Numbered from the stretch's first letter, positions 8,361 through 18,345 are shown. The stretch is DNA of 49,460 bases from an uncultured Spirochaetota bacterium (GCA_963827275.1 CAWHAA010000003.1:1-49460), one strand, 5' to 3'. The notes: generated from the sequence alone by a model not told the origin. A program made the numbers and translations.

Positions 8361-9470
8361 ATGATGACCTGCCGGTCTGCCCGTTTTTTTTACGTGTCCC
8401 TGATTGGCTTCGTTTTGATGTCCTGCATGCTCGTGCCGGCCCGGGGCGCTGTTGCCCGTGAGGAGGCCCCGGCTGAAAGCGATGCCGGCGATGACGATCA
8501 ATCGAAACCGCGGGTATTCGGGTTTGATGCCGGCATCCAGGGGAACTACTCTACGGGCGTTTCAACCGGCAGTTTTTACTGCCAGCCTTTCGCGGACATA
8601 TATTTGAAGAACAGGTATGTCCGGTTTACCGCAGGACTCTCCCGGTTCCAGGACTTCCAGGTATCGGACGGGGAGGGAGAGTTCGAGACCGTCAACTTCA
8701 CCCAGCCGAAACTTGCCCTCTCGCTCTATCCGCACCGTGTGATCGAGTTTTTCGGCGAATATTATTATTCAACCGGCGACAGGAAGCACTATTACCGCTC
8801 GCACGAGGGGACCGCCGGTTTTCTCCTCGACTTCGAGAAGGTGACGCTGGGGGCAACGGCCACCAGGGGCAAGACCGAGTACCACTTCAAGTCAGACGAC
8901 CGCAAGGACAAGACCCTCACCGTGTATAATTCGGCGACCCTGCCCGGTCTCTGGCTGCGTTATCAATACTATAAGAAGAGATACGTCACGCGCATGGAGG
9001 ACCTGGACGTTTTCCCTGAGCTGAGCTGGTTTGTGCACAATACCACGAGCATCGACGCAAAATACGAATACCGGGAAAATATTTTCGAGTATGTGCCGGA
9101 GGATTTCCAGTATCACCATGAGCGGTATTACACGCACACGTGCAGGGCGGGCGTCTATTCGGAGCCGTTGCGCTATTTTTCCCTTAAGGCCGGGGTGGTT
9201 GCCGGAAAAGACAGCCAGGATTATATCATCGCGGGGGGCGACGTGGGAGTGACCTTTAATGTCCTCGATTACGTGATGATATCGTCAACCTATACGCCGG
9301 AATATTACATCGCGCCGGAAGCGGATGCCGTGTTACAGAAAATCAAGGACCTGATATACCGGCGCATAGTGGGAAGGCCGAGAATCAGGAACCCTTTTCT
9401 GCGCAATTCCGGGATCGGTGCGTCCTTCTGGAACCACGGGGTCAGCTTCAGCGTTATGTACGCGTATTGA
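8361..9470 (+). CDS. Exported putative outer-membrane beta-barrel protein
   Basis: Signal-peptide-like N-terminus; Tyr/Phe-rich alternating strands; C-terminal GVSFSVMYAY; start uncertain (8277 or 8361). Confidence 0.6.
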   Translation: MMTCRSARFFYVSLIGFVLMSCMLVPARGAVAREEAPAESDAGDDDQSKPRVFGFDAGIQGNYSTGVSTGSFYCQPFADIYLKNRYVRFTAGLSRFQDFQVSDGEGEFETVNFTQPKLALSLYPHRVIEFFGEYYYSTGDRKHYYRSHEGTAGFLLDFEKVTLGATATRGKTEYHFKSDDRKDKTLTVYNSATLPGLWLRYQYYKKRYVTRMEDLDVFPELSWFVHNTTSIDAKYEYRENIFEYVPEDFQYHHERYYTHTCRAGVYSEPLRYFSLKAGVVAGKDSQDYIIAGGDVGVTFNVLDYVMISSTYTPEYYIAPEADAVLQKIKDLIYRRIVGRPRIRNPFLRNSGIGASFWNHGVSFSVMYAY

Positions 9471-9517
9471 CGGGGCCGCCCCGCAAAATTGACAACAGGT
9501 AAAGAGAGGATGAAGAA

Positions 9518-10333
9518 ATGAAACGAATTAATATTGTTGCAGCCCTCCTGCTCGCGCTTGCCTTTGCCGCCGCGATGGCGGTCCGCAGTCACGGCCAGAC
9601 ACAGTACGTGATCCAGATGGTCGTGGGGGACGTAAAGATCATGTCGGGCGGTACGAAATCCACGGCCGCGGTGGACGGGGCCCTTGCCGGCGGGGACACG
9701 ATAATCACGGGCAAAAACTCGATGGCCGACGTGTCCTTTGGCGACCGGGGGCTCGTGCGCGTGCAGGAGTCCACGGTGGTGACCGTGGTCTCACTGAAGA
9801 AGGGCATGGACAATCCGAACCTCGACCTTGACGGCGGCGGCATACTCGTAATGCTCTCGAAGCTCGTGAAGGGCGAGTCCTTCCAGATACGGACGAGCAC
9901 GCAGGTGGCGTCCGTCCGGGGCACCAGCTTCCAGTTGACGTCGGACGGGGACGTGTCCCGGGTGGACGTGCTGGACGGGAAGATCATGGTGAACCCGGTG
10001 GCAGACGGTGCGGTCAGGCGCGAGATCCAGGAATACGTCTCCGAGAACCAGTCGATCTCCCTGGACCGGGGCGCCGTCCGGGAGATACTTGCCAGGCGGA
10101 GAAAGATGATGGTCTCCGAGCTGAAAGAGGGGGACCTCGATAAACTCGTCGAGCGCTTCAGCAAGATCAGGGAATCGCGCGGGTACAAGCGCCTCAACAG
10201 GGGCCTCCGCGGCGATTTCGAGGGCCGAATCGACAGGATGAGGAAGCGCCGCGCCGACCGGGGAAGCGTCAAGCCGGTTAACAGGCAGGAGATCAAGCAG
10301 CGCATCAGGCAGCGCAGGGGCCCGGGGCGGTAG
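9518..10333 (+). CDS. FecR-domain exported protein (LipL45-like)
   Basis: Signal peptide; 'GDTIITGKNSMADV', 'IRTSTQVASVRGTSF', 'VDVLDGKIMV'; basic helical tail. Confidence 0.85.
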   Translation: MKRINIVAALLLALAFAAAMAVRSHGQTQYVIQMVVGDVKIMSGGTKSTAAVDGALAGGDTIITGKNSMADVSFGDRGLVRVQESTVVTVVSLKKGMDNPNLDLDGGGILVMLSKLVKGESFQIRTSTQVASVRGTSFQLTSDGDVSRVDVLDGKIMVNPVADGAVRREIQEYVSENQSISLDRGAVREILARRRKMMVSELKEGDLDKLVERFSKIRESRGYKRLNRGLRGDFEGRIDRMRKRRADRGSVKPVNRQEIKQRIRQRRGPGR

Positions 10334-10359
10334 TGAGCTATAATTGATAAGCACAAATG

Positions 10360-10386
10360 AAAAAGGCCCGTAATCCTTTACGGGTC
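10360..10386 (-). terminator. Intrinsic terminator downstream of arfB
   Basis: Minus strand gacccgtaa-agga-ttacgggcc followed by TTTTT. Confidence 0.65.
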
Positions 10387-10441
10387 AGTATTTCTCTCCA
10401 ATCGATACACGGTTGAGCGGCACTCGGTGAGCGGCATTTAA

Positions 10442-10864
10442 TCAATCACCGCTGATATCCTTCCTTCGCCCGCTCTTCTTCCTGCTCTGAATCTTCTTCT
10501 CTTCAAGACGCTTTTGCTTCTGCGACCGGCTCACCTTCGTGGGGACGCGCTTCTTGGGCACGACGAGCGCCCGGGCAAGGAGCGCCGCGAACTTGGCGAT
10601 GGCCAGCCTGCGGTTGGCCGCCTGGGAGCGGCTCGTCTCCTCGTGGAGCACGAGCCTGCCCTCTTTGTTGATTATGTTCTTCAGCTTCAGGCGGGCGCGG
10701 TTTTTTTGCGCCGTGGTGAGGCGTGACGTTTCCTCAAGGTTGAAGCGGAGCGTGACCTTGGTGGACACCTTGTTCACGTTCTGGCCGCCCGGCCCGGAGG
10801 AGCGGGCGGCTGTGATGACGATCTCGTCCTCGGGAATGGAAACGCTCCCGGTTATCCGTATCAT
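10442..10864 (-). CDS. arfB: Alternative ribosome-rescue peptidyl-tRNA hydrolase ArfB
   Basis: 'RSSGPGGQNVNKVSTKV' GGQ motif; 'SRSQAANR'; basic C-terminal tail. Confidence 0.95.
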   Translation of the reverse strand: MIRITGSVSIPEDEIVITAARSSGPGGQNVNKVSTKVTLRFNLEETSRLTTAQKNRARLKLKNIINKEGRLVLHEETSRSQAANRRLAIAKFAALLARALVVPKKRVPTKVSRSQKQKRLEEKKIQSRKKSGRRKDISGD

Positions 10865-11742
10865 GGCCTGCGTCCAGCCGTGTTGCGTGTGATGTATCCT
10901 TCAATGAGGTCCGCCACCGCGGACGCGCCACGCGTGTTCAGGTGGAGCAGGTCGGTAAGGTAGAGGAAGCCGTTGCTCTCGGAAATATCGTCAAAGGACT
11001 CCCGCAGCAGGTAGTGACGTGCCAGAGCGCGGTACATGACTAATTCCGGGTCTCCGCGAAACAGGATTTCCGGTATTTTCCCGCGGGCCTCTATGCCGTG
11101 CGTCATCACCTCGTTCAGCGGCAGGTAATCGACCCTCTGGGCCGCTGCAATCTCCCTGATGATGCGGCTGTATTCCGCGGCGCGACGGTAGGCGTCACTG
11201 CCCGGCTCCTCGCCCATCGGCGGGAGCGAGAGGAGGGCGATCCGCGCGTGCGTTTCAGACTTCAGCCTGGCGCAGATGGCGGTCAGGTTTGCCCGGAACC
11301 ATTCCCTGTCCGGCGTGCGCGGCAGGCGCATGTTCTGGATGTAGCGCCGCAGCGCCGAATGCGACAGTGTCGCGTTGGCGTCGTTTGAACCGATAAGAAT
11401 CGTGACGACATCGGGATCGCAGCGTATGATCTCATCCATGCGCAGTTCCAGGTTGTAGGCGAGCTCGCTGTTGATGCCGGCGTTGACGAAGGTAAACCCC
11501 CGCGACGAAAGCCGCTGCGAGAGAATGTCGACGTAGTTTATACTGACCCTGCCGTGGGTTATACTGTCTCCCGCGCATACGACCACGGCGCCCTGCCGCG
11601 CCTGTGCGCCCCGCGCAAGGAACGACCGGGGGTTGTTATCCGGAAGCCGTTGTGCGCCGGTATAGACGACATGGTAGATTATGGCGGCGCCGGCCGACAG
11701 GGCCGCCAGTACAAGCAGTGATATAAGTAGCTTTATTTTCAT
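10861..11742 (-). CDS. SGNH/GDSL hydrolase
   Basis: GDSITHG, NAGINS, LIGSND, DLLH blocks; N-terminal hydrophobic anchor; stop overlaps the arfB start. Confidence 0.9.
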   Translation of the reverse strand: MKIKLLISLLVLAALSAGAAIIYHVVYTGAQRLPDNNPRSFLARGAQARQGAVVVCAGDSITHGRVSINYVDILSQRLSSRGFTFVNAGINSELAYNLELRMDEIIRCDPDVVTILIGSNDANATLSHSALRRYIQNMRLPRTPDREWFRANLTAICARLKSETHARIALLSLPPMGEEPGSDAYRRAAEYSRIIREIAAAQRVDYLPLNEVMTHGIEARGKIPEILFRGDPELVMYRALARHYLLRESFDDISESNGFLYLTDLLHLNTRGASAVADLIEGYITRNTAGRRP

Positions 11743-11785
11743 GCACACAGTATGGGGACGCCCGGAGGAAATGCAATAACAAAAC

Positions 11786-11820
11786 TATAAAGAACGGCGG
11801 CGCTGGAAGTACGCCGCCGT
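11786..11820 (-). terminator. Intrinsic terminator after the repeat protein gene
   Basis: acggcggcg-N9-cgccgccgt followed by TCTTTAT on the minus strand. Confidence 0.55.
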
Positions 11821-11828
11821 GGGCCGCG

Positions 11829-13073
11829 CTATTTTTGTTTGGGCCCGTCCTTCCGGCCGCCGCCCTGGGATTTATTGCCGCCCTGACGGTTGCCGCTTTC
11901 CTGTGGCGAGCCGTCGTCCCGGCGTTTGCCGCCGCCCTGGTACTTTTTGCCATCCGCGCCGCCCCTTTCGGGCCGTATTACCCGGCGCTCCTGCTTGCTC
12001 TTTTCGCCCTGACGTTCCACCTTGATCTGCCGCTCTCCTTTCGGCTGCCGTTCACTGTACTCCTGATTGTTTTTTCCGGCCTGGCGTTTCCCGTCATTCT
12101 TCCGGTCCCTGTCAGGCTGCTGTCCTTTCTTACGCTGTTTTTCCAGTTCCTGCTTTTTCCCCCTGTTTGACCTGGACCCGTCGCGTTTGTTGTCCTGCGG
12201 CTTCTTTACGTACTTCTCGTGGGTTTTCCTGTTTTTGTCCCTGCGCAGTGCCGCATCATCCTTCGAGCGCTCGCGCATTTTATTCAAGTAAGGCTTTTTG
12301 ATCATGTGCTTTACCACAGCGTAGCGGCGGTATTTGTAGACGTTCGGAAGGTATGTCGGCCTTGCTGCAAAAATGGTTCGGTTCCCGTACGCGATCCTGA
12401 CGACCCCCGGGTGCCTGTGCATCCATTCATGGTGGCGATAGTACCGGTCTATCCAGTGCGGGTGTTTTTCAAAAAACATGTGGTTTCTGTATATTTCCCT
12501 TGCAACGTAGGGGTGCCGGATGAACCAGTCGTCGTGGACATAGATCCGGACCGTTATTTTAGGATAGCTGACAAGGAACGTTTGGTTGCTCGCGATTATA
12601 TAGGCGATTTTCGGATACCTGCTCCAGAACGGGTAATTGATGTATATCCGCGCGGCGAAATGCGGATGCGCGTTGACCCAGGCGAAATCCGAGCAAATGT
12701 GCCAGATTACCCATGGGTGCGCTTCGAGCCAGACAATTGACTTTATATTCTCAGCGTACCGGTCCGGGTCGTTTTTAATGTTTTCAAGCAGCGCCCTGTC
12801 GCTCTCGGATAGCTCCGGCGTCTCGCCGTCTTCTTTTCCCTCGGTATCGGCTGAATCATCGATTCCTTCCATGTCCTCCAGCATCCGGTCAATCTCTTCA
12901 TCAGAATAATCCGCAGGCATGGCATCGGGCAGCTGTTGCAGGATCTCCTCGGCGCTGGAATCATCTCCGGCCCCGGCCGCGTTCTCCGCGTACGCGCCGC
13001 CGATGAAGCCGAAAAGCCCTATGCAGAGGCCCGCAATCAGGGCGAAAGTCGTGTTTTTACTGATCTGTCGCAT
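11829..13073 (-). CDS. Exported hypothetical protein: acidic linker, 8 x 17-aa repeats, basic low-complexity tail
   Basis: GAGGAG RBS; signal peptide ending AYA; 17-aa periodicity of W/F-x3-H/Y-P. Confidence 0.75.
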   Translation of the reverse strand: MRQISKNTTFALIAGLCIGLFGFIGGAYAENAAGAGDDSSAEEILQQLPDAMPADYSDEEIDRMLEDMEGIDDSADTEGKEDGETPELSESDRALLENIKNDPDRYAENIKSIVWLEAHPWVIWHICSDFAWVNAHPHFAARIYINYPFWSRYPKIAYIIASNQTFLVSYPKITVRIYVHDDWFIRHPYVAREIYRNHMFFEKHPHWIDRYYRHHEWMHRHPGVVRIAYGNRTIFAARPTYLPNVYKYRRYAVVKHMIKKPYLNKMRERSKDDAALRRDKNRKTHEKYVKKPQDNKRDGSRSNRGKKQELEKQRKKGQQPDRDRKNDGKRQAGKNNQEYSERQPKGERQIKVERQGEKSKQERRVIRPERGGADGKKYQGGGKRRDDGSPQESGNRQGGNKSQGGGRKDGPKQK

Positions 13074-13747
13074 ATTCTTTCTCCTCAATGTATAATCGAA
13101 GATTAGACCCGTGCATACGCTTTTTAGTTCCTCATTAATACACCGGACAGGGAAATCAGGGGACTGATGATATACAGGGGGAGAGTGAACATATTGGCGA
13201 AAATCACCCGGCCTTGAACCGGGTTCATTTTATCTGATCTCTAACCTGTATAAATAGCTCCCTGCTTATAAGGCCGGAGAGCGATCTCAGCAACTCTTCT
13301 TTTTTCAGGCCGCGAGACAGGTCGAGCCGTACAGCTGTTACTATGGCGTTAATGCTTGCGTTATCGTTCATAAGGACTCCTGGAAAAATTGGCGTAGTTT
13401 ATTATCGTAAGGTTTTTTTTGAATCTTGACATTTTCTTTGGATTGTTAAATAATGTTTTACAGCCCACCTGTGAGGACTTTGATTATAGATTGACAAATA
13501 AAAACTTATGTAGAATACTGCCTGGTGTTGTATGCACATTTCATTCTTTTTATAATTACCAATGCGCATTGAATCATCGGATATCATCACGATACGGCAG
13601 CAACAAGCATTCCGGTATCATGGGGTGATACATCCCTTGTTATACGGCGCCCGCCGGAAACGATGCCGGGTGTGAGGGTTGTGATCGGAATACGTACAAT
13701 TATAGAGAAATTTTTCATCTATTTAAACTAAGGGTAAAGGTAACGAG

Positions 13748-14614
13748 ATGAGAATAATAATCGCCGTTTTCATAATAACGATCGGGTGCGCCTGGGTAAT
13801 GAAACCGGTATATGGGGCCGGGTTCAATGAGCATTGCTGGTTGAATGATGACGGAAGGGACCTCTATGCCAGGTTTTTTGTAGACCCGAATTTCGATGCG
13901 TCTAAGCTTCAGCAGGCCGACCCGAATCAAGAAACCGGCCGGAAGGACACTTCTCCCGCGCCGGTGGACAACTCTGCCAAAAGACGCACGGTATTCAATG
14001 TCAATCTGACGGTCGGCGCCTCATTGGTCTATAACAGGGTGAGGCGGGTCGTATCGCCCAATGGCACGGAGACCTCCACGACGATAACGGTCTATTATTT
14101 TTCCCAGAATATTGAGACGAGAAAATCACTCGGCCTGGCCCCCGTCGTTAACATCAATTTTATCTTCAACCTGGCGAAGTATTTTGCTCTCGGCTTCGGA
14201 GCGGATGCGGGTTACCTCGTCATGAATGCCCTCAGGGGGTCGCTGTCATATTCAACGCCGCTCACGGAAACATCGAGGGCCCTGGTTATGGCGAAGTATA
14301 AAATTTATTCGCCCAATCCGAACCATTATCTCGAGGTGCCGGTTTACGGATTGATGCGCTTTTATTTCGGCGAAAGCTTCCAGGCGATGTACCTGAGCGT
14401 GGGCGGCGGATACGATTTCTTCCTGCAGGGCCACCCGTCGGCACGCAGCCCCCTCATCAGGGGCGGGATCGGTTTTACTCTCGACAACGGGTTCATGATG
14501 GATTTCTCCTACCAGTACAACTTTGAGCTTCTTGAGAAAAGCACCTTGACGAACCTGAAGGAGATGCACCGCGGGACGGTTACCCTGGGCTACTGCTTCA
14601 ATGTCGGCGGGTGA
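13748..14614 (+). CDS. Exported putative outer-membrane beta-barrel protein
   Basis: Signal peptide; 'YLEVPVYGLMRFYF', 'YLSVGGGYDF', C-terminal 'VTLGYCF'. Confidence 0.65.
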   Translation: MRIIIAVFIITIGCAWVMKPVYGAGFNEHCWLNDDGRDLYARFFVDPNFDASKLQQADPNQETGRKDTSPAPVDNSAKRRTVFNVNLTVGASLVYNRVRRVVSPNGTETSTTITVYYFSQNIETRKSLGLAPVVNINFIFNLAKYFALGFGADAGYLVMNALRGSLSYSTPLTETSRALVMAKYKIYSPNPNHYLEVPVYGLMRFYFGESFQAMYLSVGGGYDFFLQGHPSARSPLIRGGIGFTLDNGFMMDFSYQYNFELLEKSTLTNLKEMHRGTVTLGYCFNVGG

Positions 14615-14741
14615 GGCAAGGGGAAATGAGAAGTGTTTCAGGTACTACGGGTGCGTGTGCAGGGCGCTTGAACGGCGAATGAAAGGGGTCCGGCGGCAGG
14701 GCGTCCACTCCCGCGGACAAGTATAATTCGGAGGGAACACA

Positions 14742-16136
14742 ATGAAGAAACAGGCATTATATATCACACTGGCGGCATTGATCGTGACGGCGGGCTGCGC
14801 GCCCGACTATTTGCGCCAGGTCGGCCCGTCGGAGACGCTGTATTTCGGCGGCAGGCCGGTCGAGGGCGCGCGGCTCTACCTCCCCTATATCAACGCCGGC
14901 GGCAAGGACCGGCTCCTGTTCCTGATGGAGGCGGGCCTTATGCTCTTTACCGCGGAGGAGTACAAAAAGAGCGCCGACGTATTAATGTCAGCGTCGCGGC
15001 TCCTCGACAGGATGCCGATCAGCGCCACCAAGGAGATCGGCGCGATGTACACCGACGACCGGCTGACCAACTACCGCGGCCAGGACTTCGAGCGGGTGCT
15101 GGTGCACATGTACCTGGGCCTCGATTTCCTGATGCTGGACAAACCGCATGACGCGCGGGTCGAGTTCAAGGCGGTCACCAACGAGCTCGAGCGCCTCAAG
15201 AAGGAGACCGGCAGGGACTACAAGCAGAACATCATGGCGAAGTACCTGAACGCGATCGCGCACGAGATGACGGGCGACATGGACAAAAGCGAGGAGGACT
15301 GGGAGTTCGCGCTCATCGAGTTCAAGCAGATAAATATGCTCCGCCCGGGCATGCCCATGGTCTACAGGGACATGCAGAGGCTCGCCGAGAAGCTCCGGAG
15401 GGGAAAGAACGCGCAGCCCGCGTATCAGCCCGGAGAGTTGATCGTCGTTTTCGAGGCGGGCCAGACCGCGGTCAAACAAACGCGCGGCAGGATGCTGGAC
15501 GGCGAGTTCGGCGCTGAGGTAACGGCCACGGTCGCCGCGGCCAGCTTCGGCGGGGGGCTCACCGCCGCCTCGGTGCTCGCCGGTCTCGGCATGGCGGAGA
15601 ACCCGATCCCGAAGTTCGAGCGGCGCTCCAACAAGATCACGGGCCTGAACATACGGGCGAACAGCCAGTACCTCGGCCGGACCGTCATGCTCGAGGACAT
15701 CGAGAACACGGCGGTGCGCAACCTCGATGACGACTACAACCGCCTGCGCAAGCGGGTCGCGGCTGGACTCGCGACAAAGGTCATAACCACGGTAACCATG
15801 TCGATAGCCGCCCAGGTCGCGGCCGAGGTCGGCGCGCGGGCGCTGGAAAGCCAGGGCGGATGGGCCGGCCTCATCGGCTCGATGGGAAGGGTCGCTGCAC
15901 AGGGGGTCGGCCCGGCGGTCGCGCTGGCCACCTTCTCGCAGATACGGCCTGACCTCCGGTGCTGGCGCTCGCTCCCGGCGAACCTGCAGTTCCAGCGCTT
16001 CTTCCTCCAGCCGGGCGCCTATGTCCTTACCCTTGAGTTCGTGGACAGGTACGGCCGGGTGCTCCGGGTCGAGAAAGACCAGGTCAGGATCATGGCCGGG
16101 AAAAGGTCATTCAAGAGTTTCCGCACGCTCTACTAG
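14742..16136 (+). CDS. COG3014-family TPR-like lipoprotein
   Basis: GGAGG RBS; lipobox TAGC; 'DRLLFLMEAGL', 'YRGQDFERVLVHMY', 'PDLRCWRSLPAN'. Confidence 0.8.
   Translation: MKKQALYITLAALIVTAGCAPDYLRQVGPSETLYFGGRPVEGARLYLPYINAGGKDRLLFLMEAGLMLFTAEEYKKSADVLMSASRLLDRMPISATKEIGAMYTDDRLTNYRGQDFERVLVHMYLGLDFLMLDKPHDARVEFKAVTNELERLKKETGRDYKQNIMAKYLNAIAHEMTGDMDKSEEDWEFALIEFKQINMLRPGMPMVYRDMQRLAEKLRRGKNAQPAYQPGELIVVFEAGQTAVKQTRGRMLDGEFGAEVTATVAAASFGGGLTAASVLAGLGMAENPIPKFERRSNKITGLNIRANSQYLGRTVMLEDIENTAVRNLDDDYNRLRKRVAAGLATKVITTVTMSIAAQVAAEVGARALESQGGWAGLIGSMGRVAAQGVGPAVALATFSQIRPDLRCWRSLPANLQFQRFFLQPGAYVLTLEFVDRYGRVLRVEKDQVRIMAGKRSFKSFRTLY
15963..16134 (+). repeat. 172-bp direct repeat, copy 1 (last 57 codons of the COG3014 gene)
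   Basis: Matches 24271-24442 except at 16039, 16045 and 16081. Confidence 0.97.
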
Positions 16137-16161
16137 GTACATGCCAACGATCTGATTTAAC

Positions 16162-16190
16162 GGGTCGCCGCAGGGCGGCCCTTTCTGTTT
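16162..16190 (+). terminator. Intrinsic terminator after the COG3014 gene
   Basis: gggtcgcc-gcag-ggcggccc followed by TTTCTGTTT. Confidence 0.7.
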
Positions 16191-16341
16191 CCTCCCCCTC
16201 GTATTATTCTTATTCTTCGACCCTCGTGAATCGACCATCTTTGTGCCCTGCAGACAGGCGGCCTGAATATCGCGTTTGCCGTGAAGTGATCCGTAACGGG
16301 CGGCACCGGAGTGCAAGTAATATTGATTAGAAAATTTTAGC

Positions 16342-16388
16342 TTGACAAATAAATATACTAATTATACTGATATAGTATAAAAAGTATA
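16342..16388 (+). promoter_or_regulatory. TetR promoter/operator with a nested dyad
   Basis: TTGACA at 16342; TATACT-N3-TATACT-N5-AGTATA-N3-AGTATA at 16354-16388, directly upstream of the TetR gene. Confidence 0.65.
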
Positions 16389-16400
16389 AAGGTGTGCTTC

Positions 16401-16967
16401 GTGAAAATACGCGATGAAAAGATCCGAGAGAATGTCCTCCGGGCCACGGGAAAGCTGTTTCTCATGCACGGTATAAACGGATGGAACATGGATACGGTCG
16501 CCCGCGAAACCGGGATGGCCAAGAATACGCTGTACAAGATAATCGGCGCCAAGGAGCAGCTGATCGAGAGCATCGTCATAAACAGGCTGCGGAACAATAT
16601 TGATGCGATTGTCGGCATATTCGAGAAGGAAAAAGATTTTGTCAGGGCCATCGAGACAGGCGCCCGCCACCTGGCCCACAGCATCAGCCTGGACAACCCG
16701 CTGGTCCTGCCCCGCGTTTTCCGTGAATATCCCGCCATCAAGGAAAAGTTCGACGACATTTCACGCGAGCTGGGCACCTCGATACACGGCCATCTCAACA
16801 GGGCGCGCAAGGCCGGCACCATACGAAAGGACGTCGACAACGATATACTAATAAGTATGGTGACTGCCGTCATCAATCATTATTTATCGGAGAATTTCAA
16901 AGGAAAGGAATTTGAAGAGAAGTTGTATACCTCATTCATCTACCTGTTAAGAGGAATTCTCGCTTAG
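16401..16967 (+). CDS. TetR/AcrR-family transcriptional regulator
   Basis: HTH 'LFLMHGINGWNMDTVARETGMAKNTLYKII'; start GTG 16401 or 16392. Confidence 0.9.
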   Translation: MKIRDEKIRENVLRATGKLFLMHGINGWNMDTVARETGMAKNTLYKIIGAKEQLIESIVINRLRNNIDAIVGIFEKEKDFVRAIETGARHLAHSISLDNPLVLPRVFREYPAIKEKFDDISRELGTSIHGHLNRARKAGTIRKDVDNDILISMVTAVINHYLSENFKGKEFEEKLYTSFIYLLRGILA

Positions 16968-17032
16968 CGAACCAGGGACTGAAATAACAACTGCCATGCA
17001 CGCAAATGCGGCGTGTCCGGCACTGATGGAGG

Positions 17033-18328
17033 GTGGATATGAGCTATTCCGAGCTAAAGGCATTGGAGAGCGAAATTGCGACCTGTTTCCGATGCTCCCT
17101 GTGCAAGATGGTGCCACTGCCGGTCTTTAAGACAAAGGAATTTGCCGACATCTGCCCCATAAACACCCACTACGGGTTCCACGGCTACTCCGCGTCGGGT
17201 ATGGGCTACATGGCGCTGGCCCTCGCCGAGGGACGCATCACCGCGGACCGTGACCTGGCCGATATCGTGTTCTCGTGCCGCACCTGCGGCTTCTGCGACG
17301 TGGCCTGCAAATTCATCATGGAGTCGGAGCGGAACGAGGTGAACATGACCTTGCGGGAGGTGCTGGTGAAGGAGGGGCTTGCTCCGGAGGAATATCAGCG
17401 CGCGGCCCGCAACCTCAGGGAAACAGGCAATCCGGCGGGCGCCGCAGGGGCGGGAGAGTGGGCGCGCGGCCTGGACATCAAGAAGCTCCCGGAGCAGAAA
17501 GCGAAGGTGTTGATCTACGCCGGCTGCCTGGCCCGCCACGACGCGAGGGCGCGCAACGCCGCGCGAAAGCTGGCCGCGCTGCTCCTCCATGCGGGTGTGG
17601 ACGCAGGGATACTGGGCGACGACGAGCTCTGCTGCGGCCTGCCCGCCCACTGGACCGGGTTCAAAGACGACTTCAAAGAGCATGCGGAAAAGAACAGGCA
17701 ATCGATCGCCGCCACGGGCGTGAAGACAATCGTGACAGTATGCGGCGCCTGCCTGGGCACGCTGAAATCGAAATACCCGAAGTACGGGACCGGGATCGGC
17801 ATCGAGGTGGTGCATGCGACCGAGCTCCTTGCGCGGCTTGTCGAAAAGAAAAAGCTCAGGCTGAAGCGGCACGTGGCGCTGAAGGCCACCTACCACGATC
17901 CCTGTTACCTGGGACGGCAGTCCGAGCCTTATGTGGAATGGAACGGCGTTGAAAAAACGATCTTCGGCCAGATGAAGTATTACATGCCTCCGAAGAAGAT
18001 ACGGTACGGTACGGGCGGCGTTTTTGATCCGCCGCGTGTGTTGTTAAAAAATATACCCGGACTCACCTTCCGGGAGATGCACCGCATCAGGGAATACTCG
18101 CATTGCTGCGGCGGAGGGGGCGGACAGGCTGCCGCGTATGACGGGATGGCTCTTCGGGCGGCGCGGGACCGGCTTGCTGAAGCCCGCGCGGTGGGCGCCG
18201 AGTGCCTGGTGACTGCCTGCTCGCACTGCAAGGTGCAGTTTGACAGGGCGGGGGCGTCCCCGGACGGGGAGAGTGTACAGATCGCCGACATCATAGACCT
18301 GGTGCACCAGGCCGCGGACATTGAGTAA
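17033..18328 (+). CDS. Fe-S oxidoreductase with CCG domains (GlpC/HdrD-like)
   Basis: CFRCSLC, CRTCGFCDVAC, LCCG, YHDPCYLGR, HCCGGGGG, VTACSHC. Confidence 0.9.
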   Translation: MDMSYSELKALESEIATCFRCSLCKMVPLPVFKTKEFADICPINTHYGFHGYSASGMGYMALALAEGRITADRDLADIVFSCRTCGFCDVACKFIMESERNEVNMTLREVLVKEGLAPEEYQRAARNLRETGNPAGAAGAGEWARGLDIKKLPEQKAKVLIYAGCLARHDARARNAARKLAALLLHAGVDAGILGDDELCCGLPAHWTGFKDDFKEHAEKNRQSIAATGVKTIVTVCGACLGTLKSKYPKYGTGIGIEVVHATELLARLVEKKKLRLKRHVALKATYHDPCYLGRQSEPYVEWNGVEKTIFGQMKYYMPPKKIRYGTGGVFDPPRVLLKNIPGLTFREMHRIREYSHCCGGGGGQAAAYDGMALRAARDRLAEARAVGAECLVTACSHCKVQFDRAGASPDGESVQIADIIDLVHQAADIE

Positions 18329-18345
18329 CAGGGGAGGGGCGCTCC

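Noticed and set aside
13402..13628. Short ORFs in the AT-rich 13.1-13.7 kb intergenic region
   Set aside because: No RBS and atypical codon usage; more likely a divergent promoter region.
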